Part shown: piece after piece, positions 1-12,007 of the stretch
Layout: each line of letters starts with the position of its first letter
Numbering within the stretch: the first letter of the stretch is position 1
DNA from: Trichodelitschia bisporula
Taxonomy: Eukaryota
NCBI GenBank assembly: GCA_010356995.1
Contig: ML996689.1
Location: 293,873-357,872, forward strand
Direction: 5' to 3'
Length of the DNA stretch: 64,000 bases
The notes under the pieces: model-generated
Seen by the model: the letters and a program-made list of their open reading frames with translations, nothing else
Databases searched by the model: none
What the model was told of the DNA's origin: nothing
Program-made: the position numbers and the translations under genes

Positions 1-309
1 GCGGTGTATCTCGCGGCCGGGGCGTACATACACCGCGTGTGTGTTGAGGACGGCGCTGTGCCGGTTACACCTAGGACGGTGCATAGATTGGTATTAGCGG
101 CGCTGCGGGTCGCGGTTAAGGCGCTAGAGGATGATAAGTGTAGCCAGGGGAAGTTTGCGGGGGTGGGGGGGATGAGGGGGGAGGATCTTGGGAGATTGGA
201 GGGCGCGTTGTGTTGGTTGCTGGAGTATGATTGTCAGGTTTCTGTGGAGGAGTTGAGGGTTAGGATGGGACGGTTGTTGGAGGCGGGGAGGGGGTGTGAG
301 GGGAGATGA
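1..309 (+). CDS. Pho85-type (PHO80/PCL family) cyclin, 3' part only; the gene starts before the window
   Basis: AGAYIHR..VTPRTVHRLVLAALRVAVKALED..FAGVGG..L.RLE..L..LL.YD matches the cyclin-box pattern of Pho80/Pcl6/Pcl7 cyclins; stop TGA at 307-309. Confidence 0.8.
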   Translation, partial: AVYLAAGAYIHRVCVEDGAVPVTPRTVHRLVLAALRVAVKALEDDKCSQGKFAGVGGMRGEDLGRLEGALCWLLEYDCQVSVEELRVRMGRLLEAGRGCEGR

Positions 310-668
310 GTCGATGAGAGGAGGGTTAGGGTTAGCGGGTGTTTTGGGCGTTACAGGCTGATGCTGGGGATTTTTTGAGAGGGCGTGAGGCGAAGTATGC
401 GGCTGCGAGGCTGGCACTTCATGCCGCGGCGTATTAAGGCCGATATCGGATTCGGGACGGGGCGAGGCCCCCTTGGTCCTCGAGGGAAGCACGGGCCGGC
501 GCCGTACATACATTCCCAGGCCGGAGCACACACAATGATGTGAATAAAGTTCTTTTTTTCTGCTCGCCCGCTGCTAGTTATCTGCAAGTGACCACTGATC
601 CATGTATCCCAATGTCCAACCACAGTCCCACCCCATTTCCGTCGCCTCCGTCCCTCCACCCTGTCCCT

Positions 669-1134
669 CTAGGCCTTGTCCTTCTCAATCCCATCCAGCA
701 CCTCCGGCACCGTCTCAACAAGATGCTCAAACACACCCTCCGTCCCCTTCGCAGCATGCAGGCCTTGTGGGATGGCGTAGATCGCTACATCGGGTTTTTC
801 GCGGGAGGCGATGGCCTTCACTTCGCTGACTTCTTCGGGGGTCCACATTGAGGCGCAGAACTGCGAGCGGGCGTTAGCGAGCTTCAGCGAGCGTGGCAGC
901 GAGCGCCAGTTGAAGGAGATGTGGGAGGGTGGGGGAGGGGGGGGGTAAGGGAGGACGGACGAGCAGGTCAGGCTGATGCTCCTTCAGCGCACCCGGGACG
1001 GCATCCACGGTATCGCAATTCGCGGCGTGGATGATCGTGTATTTATCTTTGAGAGCCTCAGCGACCCGACCGATGATGTGCCGCGCCCGGTCGGGGACTT
1101 TGTTCACCGTCACCAGCTTATACGTCTGAGGCAT
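669..1134 (-). CDS. Small fungal hypothetical protein (~121 aa), 2 exons (1134-961, 860-669)
   Basis: MPQTYKLVTVNKVPDRARHIIGR..EHQPDLL, then intron 960-861 (GT..GCTAAC..CAG), then FCASMWTPEEV..AIPQGL..LDGIEKDKA*; splicing restores a clean frame. Confidence 0.75.
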
Positions 1135-1615
1135 GGTGTCGTAGTTCCGTGCAAACGAGGCTGGAGGGGAATCGGTGACGATGGGAGATGATACAAACTT
1201 AGGAAGAGGAATTCAAACTTAGGGAGAAGAGACAGGAGCAATGCTTGTCTTTTCCCAAGCTCCCCCCAAAAGCTTAAACCGAATATCTTGATGTCACTTC
1301 CCTTCCCCCAGCCTGGTCCCCACAAACGCCGCCGCCGCACATCGGGATGGCGCGAGTGGCGCGCGTGGGGCGCGGGGATCACCCCCCCGCCAACCTGCGC
1401 TGTGGGGCTGACGTCGGATCGGCTATCCACATCCCCACGTCTCCACGCGCGGCAATGGGGACGGGATTAGGTACGGGAGTGCGCGACGGCTTGCGTTGGA
1501 ATGGCGGCGGTGGCATGATCGATTGGTTGTGTATGGAGATGACCCCTCTGCTCAATTGCTGAAACCACCGCCCTCAAAGCACAGCGACAAGCGACGCGAA
1601 GCAAAAGACAGAGCA
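1135..1615. promoter_or_regulatory. Bidirectional promoter region with dense SYGGRG (CreA/Mig1-type) hexamers
   Basis: Lies between divergent ATGs (1134 and 1616); SYGGRG matches on either strand at about 1306, 1365, 1372, 1385, 1402, 1433 and 1441; high GC inflates chance matches. Confidence 0.35.
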
Positions 1616-2921
1616 ATGACACCCATCCCCTCCTTCCGCGCGCACCTCCCCGATCTCAATTCGCCGCGCTTCGTGACCGCGCGCGAGCAGAGCCCATATG
1701 AGTATGCGGCGTACTTCCGTGCAAACCAACGTCCACCGTGGCTGTTTGCGCTCACGCAGGCGTGGGAGGAGTTGTACACTGAGCCCTTCAAGGGTATAAC
1801 AACAGATGGTGCGGATGTACCCCCTTCCTTCATAGCGCCGCTTGACGAAGATAGGGAATGTGATCCTCGGCCTCTACCCGGAAGAAGACGACGGTGTCCC
1901 AATCGAGGAGATGGTTGAGGCAGCGAACGCACTCCTGGACGGATTGACGCAAGAGCAGAAGGCAGCCCTGACATTCCCCCTCGCCGCCCGCGAATGGCGC
2001 GCCTGGTCGAATCCGGAGGTGCTGCTGCGGCCGCTGGGGCTGCGTCTCGAAGAACAACCCGCCCCCACAGTCACCGCCGTACACACCCTCCTCCGCCGCA
2101 CCTTCTCCGCGCGAGGCTACGCGCGCGCCCTGGCGGCCATGCGGATAAACCATTTCCTCGGGGAACTCGTCTCGCTGCCGCGCATCATGAACGCAGACTC
2201 GTACAACATCCTTCTATTTGGAACACCGTCTACGGAGCAAGCATGGGGTTTCCTGCTGTACGGGCACCATTTGTGCGTGAGTGTGTTTTTGAGGGGGAGA
2301 CAGGTGGTGGTTAGTCCTGTGTTTACGGGGGCGGAGCCGAATGGGATTGATGAGGGGCCTTGGGAGGGGACGGCCATTCTGCGGGATGAGGGGGAGTGGG
2401 GGTTGAGGGTGATGCAGAGCCTGAGTGATGAGGAGAAGGGGAGGGCGAGGATATATGAGCATTTGCATGATGCGCGGATGCGCCAGACGGGGGATCTGAA
2501 GAGTGATCGGTGGAATAAGGATGATCAGCGGCATGTATGCGGTGCGTTTCGGGATAACCGCGCTGTGCCGTATGAGGGCGTTAACTGCGGGCGTTTCTCG
2601 AGCGAGCAGAAGGACTTGATCCTGAAGATTGCGGATGAGATGCTATGCTACCTACCTGACCGGGCGAGGGAGAGGAGACTAGAGCGGATCGGGGAGTTTT
2701 GGGATAAGACGTGGTTTTGTTGGATTGGGGGGTGGGGCGATGAGGATGCGTTTTATTATCGGATCCAGAGTCCGGTGGTATTGTTGGAGTTTGATCATCA
2801 TTCGGGGGTTTTCTTGGGGAATGAGGAGCCGGCGAAGTTTCATACGCATACCATTGTTAGGATGCCGAATGGGGGGGATTATGGGGCTGCGTTGAGGGGG
2901 AAGGGGGAGGAGGTGCCGTAG
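1616..2921 (+). CDS. DUF3500-domain protein (possible metal-dependent dioxygenase-like), intron 1809-1854
   Basis: Motifs REWRAWSNPE, FGTPS..WG..YGHHLC, SPVFTGAEP, FYYRIQSPVVLLEFDHHSGVFL..HTHTIVRMPNGGDYG are typical of DUF3500. Confidence 0.85.
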
Positions 2922-2948
2922 GGGGGGAGGAGGTGCCCTAGGGGGGAG
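2905..2948 (+). repeat. ~20 bp tandem duplication spanning the DUF3500 stop codon
   Basis: GGGGAGGAGGTGCCGTAGGGG is followed by GGGGAGGAGGTGCCCTAGGGG. Confidence 0.7.
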
Positions 2949-3162
2949 GCGGATGGTGGCACGAGTTGGGTTGATGGGCGGATGCTCCTTCTTTCCATCA
3001 TGAGCACATTACATCATGTGCCCTCCCAAGGGCAAAAAATGCTCCTGCCTCATGTCTACTACCTCATCCTAGAGGACTTGCCATATCTCAGCCGTCCAGC
3101 GTCACTCATCCCCAACACACAGACCCACAGCGTCCACCCAACCCCACCCAACCCCAGCCCAT

Positions 3163-4145
3163 CTACTCCTCATACTCAAACCTATTAACCAACGTCCCAA
3201 CAAGCGGCACAATCTCCACCCTAAACTCATCCCCCCCCCGTATCCTCACAGCCGGCTTCTTACTAATCCCCACCCCCGCCGGCGTTCCCGTCATAATACA
3301 CGTGCCAGGCGGGAGCGTCGTGCCCTGGCTCAGGAAGCTCACGAGCTTCGCGACGCTGAAGACCATATCACTGCACCACCACATTAGCCTACCCTCAAAC
3401 ACCCTGAGGCCTGGGCGTCACATACTCGATCCCACAGTCCTGCATAACCTCCCCGTTCAGCAGCCCCCGCATGCGGAGCTTGCTTGGGTCGGGTACTTCG
3501 CGTGCGCTGACGAGGGCGGGGCCAATGGGTGCGGACCCGTCGAACCCCTTCGAGTAGCACCACTGGCTCTGCGCGAATTGGGCTCCGCGGCTGCTGACGT
3601 CGTTGCCGGCTGTGTAGCCTAGGACGTAGTCTAGCGCCTCTGCCTCACTCACGTTCCGCGCCTCTTTCCCTATCACGACCACGAGCTCGGACTCGAAATC
3701 CCCGGTATCGTCCTCACGCGTCACATGCGGCAGAAGCGCCCTGCCGGGCCCGGCCAGGCTCGTCGAGGGTTTGAGAAACACGGTTGGCACGGTGGGCAGG
3801 TCCATGCCTACCTCAGCGGCGTGCTGCTTGTAGTTCAGGCCGATGCAGCGGATGGTGCCGACTTCGCTGGGTGCGAGGGGGGAGAGGAGCGTGTGCAGGG
3901 TTTCGATGGCGCCGGTGGGGGTGCCCGGGGAGAGGATTGAGGACCCGGAGTACACGGAGATGGGCTCGGGGCTGCCGGCGTGGAAGGCGAGGCCGATGTC
4001 GGTGTGGTCGGAGGTGGGTTGGCCGATTAGGGGGGTTGTGGGGGAGGAGTGCGGGGTGAAGCGGATTAGGCCTGCGGGGAGTTTAGCTTGGTGGGAGTGA
4101 TTGGGAGGGGGGTGAGGTACGCTTGAAGGTTGTGGTTGCGGCCAT
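3163..4145 (-). CDS. Fumarylacetoacetate hydrolase (FAH) family protein, introns 4120-4072 and 3425-3371
   Basis: IRCIGLNYKQH, VFLKP, DFESELVVVIGK, GYTAGNDVSSR, SKGFDGSAPIG, GTCIMTGTPAGVG; ATG at 4145 (MAATTTFKR). Confidence 0.92.
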
Positions 4146-4474
4146 GGTGGTGCGGAGCATTGGGTTCTGGTACTGGTACTGGGGGATTGGAGGCGCGGAT
4201 CGCGGTTGCTTATCAACTAAGATGTGCTGTGGTCGCAAGGTTGCAGGGTCGTCGTACTGGCGGCATCGGAGCTGGGGCGCGGCTTACACAGCCCCGCGTT
4301 AAGGTGCATAGTCCCCGCACGGGAAGATAGCGCGGGTGTGGGACGGGCGGGGAAGCGGGTACGTACCAGTTCGTTGTCACGATCACTCAGCAGGCTCCCA
4401 CAAAAAGTGGTCACAAAGCTAGCATTTCAATTTTAACACTATACACAAAGCATCAAACTCCGCCTCCCTCACAC

Positions 4475-5762
4475 TCAAACCCGGCTCTTGCTCACAATGA
4501 GCCCATTGCCCTTCTGCAACCAGTCTACGGCGCCATTGACCATGTCATCCATGATGACCTTGGCGGGGAGGCGCTCGTTGGTGACCGCCGCCGCCTTGCC
4601 CATAAGGAAGGGCCGCGCGTTGTCCAGGGTGTCGTCGTCGATGTCGTCGCCCAGCGTCTCCATGTCGTGCTCTACGGGGATCTTGCCCCGGCTCGTCAGG
4701 TCCTTGATTTCCTTCGCGCGGTTCTCCTCCCAGTTGCTGATGTACGGGTTGTTGCGGACGCGGAGGGGACGGCCCTGTGGGGGTTAGCTTGCTGTTGTGC
4801 TAGGATGGGGTTTTTATGGGGGGGTGGGGGGCAAACGCACGGTGAAGATAATAGTCCGGATATTGTCATCAAACCCAGACGTGCGCACCGCCTCCTGATG
4901 CGCCTTACTCGCACCCGCCTCCTCGCTCAACACAAACCGCGTGCCAATCCACACCGCGCTCGCACCCAACATCAGCGCCGCCGCGAGGCTCTGCCCGTTG
5001 AACAAACCGCCCGCGGCGATGACCTGCACCTCCTGGCCTGTGAGCGGGCTCTTGTGGCCCTTGACCAGCGACACAACCGTGGGGATGAGGATCGTGGTAG
5101 GGACGTCGCCGGTGTGCCCGCCGCCCTCGCCGCCCTGCGCGCAGATCAGATCCACGCCGCGCTCGAGGCACTTCTTGACGTGCTTCGGGTGGCCGATCAT
5201 GTTCATGTACAGGATGCCGGCCTTGTGGATGCGGTCGACGACGTGCTGGGGCGGGACGCCGACGGCGGAGACGAAGAGCTTGGCGCCGGATTCGATGATT
5301 ATGTCGACGAGTTGGTCGAGTTTGCCTTTTGTGTAGTCGTAGCTGGGTTGCGCGTCAGCGCAACTCATGCGGAGAAAGGGAAGAGAGGGGTAGAGAGGGA
5401 GGTAGCCTACTTGGTCTTGCGCGCGTTGCCGCCCACCTGCGGCAGCAGCAGGTCCACGCCGAACGGCGCGTTCTTGTCGTTCAGATACCCCTTCAGCTCG
5501 GCGATCTGCTCGCGCAGCATGTCGGGCGTGTAGCCGACGCCGCCGATGACGCCGAGGCCGCCGGCGTTGGTGACGGCGGCGGCGAGGCGCGGGCCGGCGG
5601 CGACGTTCATGCCGGCGAGCAGGATGGGGTGGTTGATGCCGAGGAGGTCGGTGGTGACGGTGCGGAGCTGCTCTGGGCGGGGGTCAGACGGGAGGGCGGG
5701 GGAGAAAGGGAGATGCTGGGGAAGGGGGGGGGGGGTGCTGGGGACTTACGGGGAGAGGCCAT
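4475..5762 (-). CDS. Nitronate monooxygenase / 2-nitropropane dioxygenase family flavoprotein, 3 introns
   Basis: HPILLAGMNVAAGPRLAAAVTNAGGLGVIGG, PFGVDLLLPQ, AQGGEGGGHTG, IAAGG..GASAVWIGTRF; ATG at 5762 followed by a GTAAGT donor. Confidence 0.92.
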
Positions 5763-6830
5763 TGTGACGGCGTGGGGTGGGATGAAGGGGAGTAAGTGGT
5801 GGGTGAAGTGAAGGTAGAGTGTGGAGAGTGAAGTTGTGCGACAAGAACAGAGCGCGATGGGCGAGCCCTTTTGAGAGAGGAATGTGCCTGTGTCGGCGGG
5901 TGCTCAGCCTCGGCTGATCACGCAGCCGGGGGCGGGCGCTGTGGTGTGGGCGTCGATTTCGCCCTCGGCTCCAGCTGCGGCCACCTTGCCTGGAGTGGAG
6001 TGGCCGGATGCGGGCCTTGTACAGTGGGCCGCTTAGGGCCGTTCGAAGAGAGGGGGGGGTTGCGGCGAACGGCTGCAGTTAATTACTGGAATTGGCATGG
6101 CTCGGTCCAGACGGCACATCTGTTTGGGAGAGGGAGAGGGGAGAGAAGGCTTTGACCGCTGGTTTACCGGGCAATTCATTGTCGATATCTGAAGTACTTT
6201 GTCTCCAGATGCATTCGTGCAGTTACCGGCCGCGTGTGCATTCTTTGAGGTGAGACGGGATAGCTACAGATACATCTGCTCGTACGGCATCACCAATTGC
6301 ACACCACTCCCCCATCTCTCCTCTTGACCTTCTCACGCTTCTTCTCCCTTCCCCCTCGTGTTTCTCTCGTGTTACCCCGCGCGCTTCTCCGCATGTGCCA
6401 ATGTACGCCAATCAACCAATCTCACCCACCCGCCGGCCCAACCGATTGCCCGCCACCCGACTACGCCACGCGACCACCCGCCACTGGCGGCATGCGCCAA
6501 GTCTCATCACGTTTTCTCGGGCCGAGAAGTATCGGAACTTGCCTGGACTTGGCACTCAGCGTCGTCGCTTCCGCTTTGGGAATTTTTTATAGAATCACGT
6601 GAGAAGCCAGGATATCAACGACAGGAAGCTGCGATGGACCGGGGGAAATAAAAGATGACGAGCCGAAGCCCACAAACTCAGAACTGTAACTTTACACTCT
6701 CATCTTCACTCTCAGATCAGCAAATCTACCTATGTAGCTTGATTCAACCCTTGATCTACGATAACGTTACGTGACAAAGACGAAGATCGTGTGCGATATC
6801 ATCGAGCTCCTCTGCCGCCGCCATCCGCCC

Positions 6831-8651
6831 ATGACGTCTGTTCCGAAGCTCCTACGGCCGACACGGTACGCGCTGGAGCGCGGGTTCAATCGGCGTCTTT
6901 GTAGTAGTACGAGATTTGAAGGTAGGTAGCCCGTTTGCTTAGCTCGTTTCGCGTATCCCTTGGTCCATGACCCCCGCAATCGCTTCAACTTCGTCTCCTT
7001 CTCGTGTACCTCCCCCCGCCTCAATTGACCATTCCAACTCACCCTTTAGTACCCCGCGCACGCACCTCGCTCACCAGGACGCGACTACACGCCCAGCAAC
7101 AACCTCCCACCTTCCCCCCGCTCCACCTCACCCGCACAATGTCCACCTCACGTTCTCCCGACGACGACAGGCTCCCCCATCGCGCTTTCATCGCGCTCGG
7201 CAGCAACGAAGGCGACCGCCTATACGCCATTGAGTCCGCTTGCAACTTTATAGAGCAGCGATCAGACCTAATCATTCAGCGCACAAGCGGTTTGTGGGAG
7301 ACTAAGGCCATGTACGTTGAGGACCAGGCCGACTTCCTGAACGCCGTGATCGAGGTGAGCCGCCCCCCCTCCCCCCCCCCTGCTTTCAGCCTCGCGCCCT
7401 CAGCCGCTCATATGACGGTTCTGATGGTCCAAGGTCGAGACAAGCCTTTCGCCCCTCGAACTGCTGGATTGCTTGCAAAGAATCGAGAACAAACACGGCC
7501 GGCGGAGAACCGTGGCTAAAGGCCCGCGAACGCTGGACCTGGACATCCTGCTGTACGACGATGTCAGACTGGCTAGCGAGCGGCTCACACTCCCACACCC
7601 GCTGATGCTGGAGCGCGCCTTTGTCCTCGAGCCGCTGTGCGAACTCATCCCCGAAACACTACATCCTTACTCCCGGCAGTCCTACGCGACCCATCTCGCG
7701 GCCCTCCCCCCAACGCCACACCCACCCACTACCATCACTCCCCTCTCTGAATCCCTTCCCCCCTTAACACCCCTCTCCCCCACCCGCCGCACCATGGTAA
7801 TGGGCATCGCAAACCTAACACCAGACTCCTTCTCACGCGATCCCCTCACATCCGAGACTCTTCTTCCCGCGCTGACCGCGCAACTCGCCGCGGGTGCCCA
7901 CATCCTCGACATAGGCGCGCAATCCACCCGGCCCAACAGCACCCCACTCTCCGCCTCCTCCGAAATCGACCGCCTAACCGGCGTCCCGCACGCCCTCCAC
8001 TCCCTGCGCGGCCCGCATGCCACAAGCATAGACACGTACCATGTGGACGTCGCAAGGACCGCACTGCCGCACTTCGACATCATTAACGACGTATCCGGGG
8101 GCCTCTGGTCCGACAACGAACTTTTCAACGCTGTCTGGCGCTCAGATAAAATCGCCACCGTGATCATCGGACACACGCGCGGCTTACCTGGCGCCATGTC
8201 CGGGCCCCCACACACGCACTATAACGACCTCATCCCGGACATTGCCGCCGAGCTGCGTGATCGCGTCGACGAGGCGGTAGGGAGGGGCGTGCGCCGCTGG
8301 CGCGTGATCCTCGACCCCGGCATCGGGTTCTCGAAGACGCATGCACAGAACTTGGAGATCCTACGGCGGTTACCCGAGCTGAGGGCCGCTAAGGGCCTGC
8401 GCGGCCTGCCGTGGTGTGTGGGAGTTAGTCGGAAGGGGTTCATTGGGGCGCTGCTGGGGGGCCGGGAGGTTGGGCAGCGGACGTATGGTGGGGCGGCGGC
8501 AGTGGCGGCTGCTGTTGCGGGGGGCGCGGATGTGGTGCGTGTGCATGATGTGGCGGAGATGAGGGATGTGGTTGCTGTTGCGGATGGGATTTGGAGGACG
8601 GGGGCTGTGGGTCAGGCGTACGGGACACCTAAGACAGGTGTTGTGGGTTAG
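6831..8651 (+). CDS. fol1: Folate synthesis protein, HPPK-DHPS bifunctional; introns 6922-7049 (inferred) and 7355-7433; second in-frame ATG at 7139
   Basis: HPPK motifs FIALGSNEGDR, FLNAVIEV, GPRTLDLDILLY, PHPLMLERAFVLEPL; DHPS motifs MGIANLTPDSFS, DIGAQSTRP, INDVSGG, ILDPGIGF, SRKGFIG, VRVHDV. Confidence 0.92.
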
Positions 8652-8922
8652 GTGTCAGGATGCGATGTGTGTACCTGAGTCTGTGTACATAAAACAGTCC
8701 ACTGGTATCGCATCGCTGTCTCGCCGGGGCCGCTCAATCTGATCCGAACAACAAACGCCTCGCTCTGCCTTGACATTGTGCATGTGCATCCGGCCGTGAC
8801 GTCAAAAGCTCAACAACGCCACACACAGCCCCCTCAGATACTCCATAACGCCATGCAAACCCCTTCCTCTCCCTTCCCATTACCCACCCCCTTTTCCCCC
8901 TTCCCCCTTCCCCCTTCCCCAT

Positions 8923-11145
8923 TCACCGAAATCCAATCCCCGCCATCCCCCTCCTCCCCCCAAGATCAACAGAGAACTCAAATATCCCCCTCTGACAAGC
9001 AGCCCACACCCTTCCCCCATCCTGGCTAACCGCCAGTCCCGCCGTCCGTACCCCGGCCGACGGGTGCTCACTCACCCACCGGTGCTGCGCCCGCGCCATC
9101 GCCGTAACCTCGTATCTACCCAGCCGCTGCGCATCCCGCATGCTGAGAGCCCTTTCCCGCGCGCGGACTATGGCCCGCCTGCGCCGGATCTCGTTGATGT
9201 CGGGGTGCGTGTCCATGCCTGGGGGCGGGGGTGACGGGCGCCGCGCGTGTGAGGAGTCCTCCCGGCCTCGGCGCGTGTCGGTGGAGGTGGGGGCCCGGTG
9301 GGGGGGCATGGGGGGGTGGCGCGAGGTGCTGAGCGCGCCGGCGGGCGGGGGAGGCGGGGAGGATGCGCCGTTCGTGGCACCGTTGGACGCGCCGACTACG
9401 CCGTTCGCAGCCAGGAACCCTTCGAACTCAGCCTGCAGTCCGCGCAACGTCTCCGCGCGCTCTTCGCCTAACCCCCCGCGCGAGGCGTGCGCTGGCGTGT
9501 CGGAGTCCCAGGTGGGCATGCGGGTGCGCGTGTTTATGGGTGGGAAGGGGGGGTTGTCGGCGAGGGAGAGGGCGCTGGGGTGGGGGTGGGTGTCGCTGTC
9601 GGTTGCTCCGTCGGTCGCTCCGTTGGTCGCTCCGTTGGTCGCTGCGCTCCCACCCGGCCTCTGGCTGCCCATCCCGAGCCCGAGGGAGGGGACGCGTGGC
9701 CGCGGACCCAGGCCCGCGCGGAGGGTGGCTAGGATGCGCCGCTCGTTGGGGGAGAGGCCGATTGATTCATCGGGGAAGGAGAGGCTGCCGATGAGTTGAA
9801 GTGCGCGGGTGCGGTCTGGCGCTGCGGAACCGTCGGCGGCGGGGGGCGGGGGCGGGGCGTCGGGGTAGTCGGACATGTGGCTGTGGCGGATTTGGGTTAT
9901 TAATTCGTCCTCGGGCAGGGCCGTGAGGGCGGTTTCGTCGTCTTCTGGGATGACCTTGCGGAGGCCCTCCTCGTCTGGGTCGAGATTGAGGATCTGGCGC
10001 ACGCGTAGCCCCGTGCGGAGGTCGGCGACGCAGACCCGGCCTTGGTCTTCGGACCATAGGAGGAGGTCCCAGGGCTGGGGGGCGAAGCACATGGCGCGCA
10101 CGGCGCCGGGGCCGGGTTGGACGTCGGGGCGGGTGGAGGGGATGACGGCGGCGATGGCTTCGGTGCCGTCTTCGAATTCGCGGAGGATGTCGACGTCGAG
10201 GATTGTTATGTAGCCGCATTCGGAGGCTACGGCGCAGAGACGGCCGGAGGGGGACCAGGCGGTTGAGAAGTAGGCTGCTACTACGGCGGGTTTGGGGACG
10301 TGGAGGAGTACGATGTTTAATAGCGCCCATGTGCAGAGGTTCGTGACGAATCTATCCGCGGACCGTTTCCGACTGCCTGTCGCGCCGTCTATGCGCTCGT
10401 AGATATACGCCTGCTGGAAGTCGCCGACCGCAATGAGGAGCTGTCCGTCCGGGGAGATGGTAGCATGATTAACCGGGAACGGCAGCGATAACTCCGCCAC
10501 CTCCGCGTCCTGCAGCAACGAGTATAGCCGAATCGCCTTGTCGTTGTTTGTGAGCACCGCCAGCACGTCATCCTTGATTCCCGCGTCCGAATCGCCGTGG
10601 ATCTTGTGGATGGATATGGAATTGACAATCTCCTTGCCCAGCTGCACGACCCTGACGCGTGGAACCGACTGCGTGCTGCGGTGAAACTCTACCGGCAGCG
10701 GCGCGTCGACTTCGCCGGCGGGAGTCGCGGAACCGTCGAGGCGGATGACGGCAAACTGGCCGTACTCGCCGCCGCCGGCGCAAATCCAGCCGTGGCCCGA
10801 GGCGGTGCAGCGTATGGAGAAAGGGAGACGCGCGACTTGGGTCAGAGCCTTGGTAGTGGTGTTCAGACGGCAGATATCGCGATCGCTTGCGTAGTATATC
10901 ACGTCGGGTTCGGGTGAGCTGATGAGATGTCGCAGTTGCCAGTGTCTGGGTGAGTCAGTCAGCGGAAGCGCAAGCGGGGTGTGGGGAAGACTGACGATAT
11001 GGGGATTGCAGCGGGATAGAAGGTCTTGTCCTTGAGGACCAGTGATTGCGTGTCCAGGGCTCTACTTGGTGTTAGTAACGCTTAGGCGACGGGGTGGGGA
11101 CGACGCGGTAGCGGCGCGGACTAACAGGAACGTGTCGACCGTCAT
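8923..11145 (-). CDS. DUF2415 / WD40-like repeat protein, two short 5' introns
   Basis: HWQLRHLIS, IVNSISIH, LTNND, VNHATISPDG, FSTAWSPSGRLCAVASE, GAVRAMCFAPQPWDLLLWSEDQGRVCVADLR; low-complexity C-terminal half. Confidence 0.8.
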
Positions 11146-11983
11146 GGCGGCGACGGCGGATGTGCGTAACGGTTCTTCTTTCAAGAGCGGATGGAACGCG
11201 CTGCTTAGAGAGGCGATGATATTGGTTATTGAAGGAGATTGTCGGGGTGGATTTATGGGTGGTTTATGTGAGTGCGCGCCTTTGCGTGATGGGTGAAGCG
11301 GAGGGATCCGAGGCAGTGAGGCGGTGATGAGGCAGGAATGGAGAGTGAGGGAAACAGAGGTACGTCAGAGGTGGTTCCGGTCCACGCGAATGGCAGCGCG
11401 GGGAGGGAAAAGGCGATCGCTGCAGACAACAGCCTGACTTTTTTTTTTACAGGCAAGAGAACCTTCTGGCCTGTCAATGCAATTTATTCTCCTCTCGTCT
11501 GCTTTGACAACACTTGACACTACTACAGAGGACTAGGAGGAGCAATAGGAATGGTATGCAAGGAAGTATATAATGCGGAGAGAAAGGGTATGAGAGCCAT
11601 GTGAGCCTTCTCCGCCCATCACGCATGCCCACGCGCTTAATTAAGCCATTCTAGCCAACGGATCGTGCCGCAATCGATAGGATAGGTAGGGAGTCGTGTG
11701 GCAGGTGGGCTTGTGGGAAACAATGTGAGAGCCACGCCCTCGACCGTTGGGGGCGCCGGACTGTGGATAATACGGGTAGCCGATGGGCGAGAACATGGAT
11801 CGAGACCTCAACGTAAATTCAACGACACTCTGATATCCCGCTTGCTACACATCTAAATCTGAACCTAGGTACGCGATCCCTATAACGTAGATGCGAAAAA
11901 GCTGAACGTCCTAGAGAAACGAGCTGTTGGCGTTTTGTGGCAATGAATTGATGCTGCGAACCTCCACCACAGCGATGATCAGA

Positions 11984-12007
11984 GCTGTCCCTGCATTCAG
12001 GGACAGC
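11984..12007. repeat. Perfect 10 bp inverted repeat with a 4 nt loop
   Basis: GCTGTCCCTG-CATT-CAGGGACAGC. Confidence 0.7.

Noticed and set aside
323..338. GGGTTAGGGTTAG telomere-like or telomerase-template-like sequence
   Set aside because: Only about two units, in a G-rich 3' region of a 360 bp convergent spacer; too little room for a telomerase RNA
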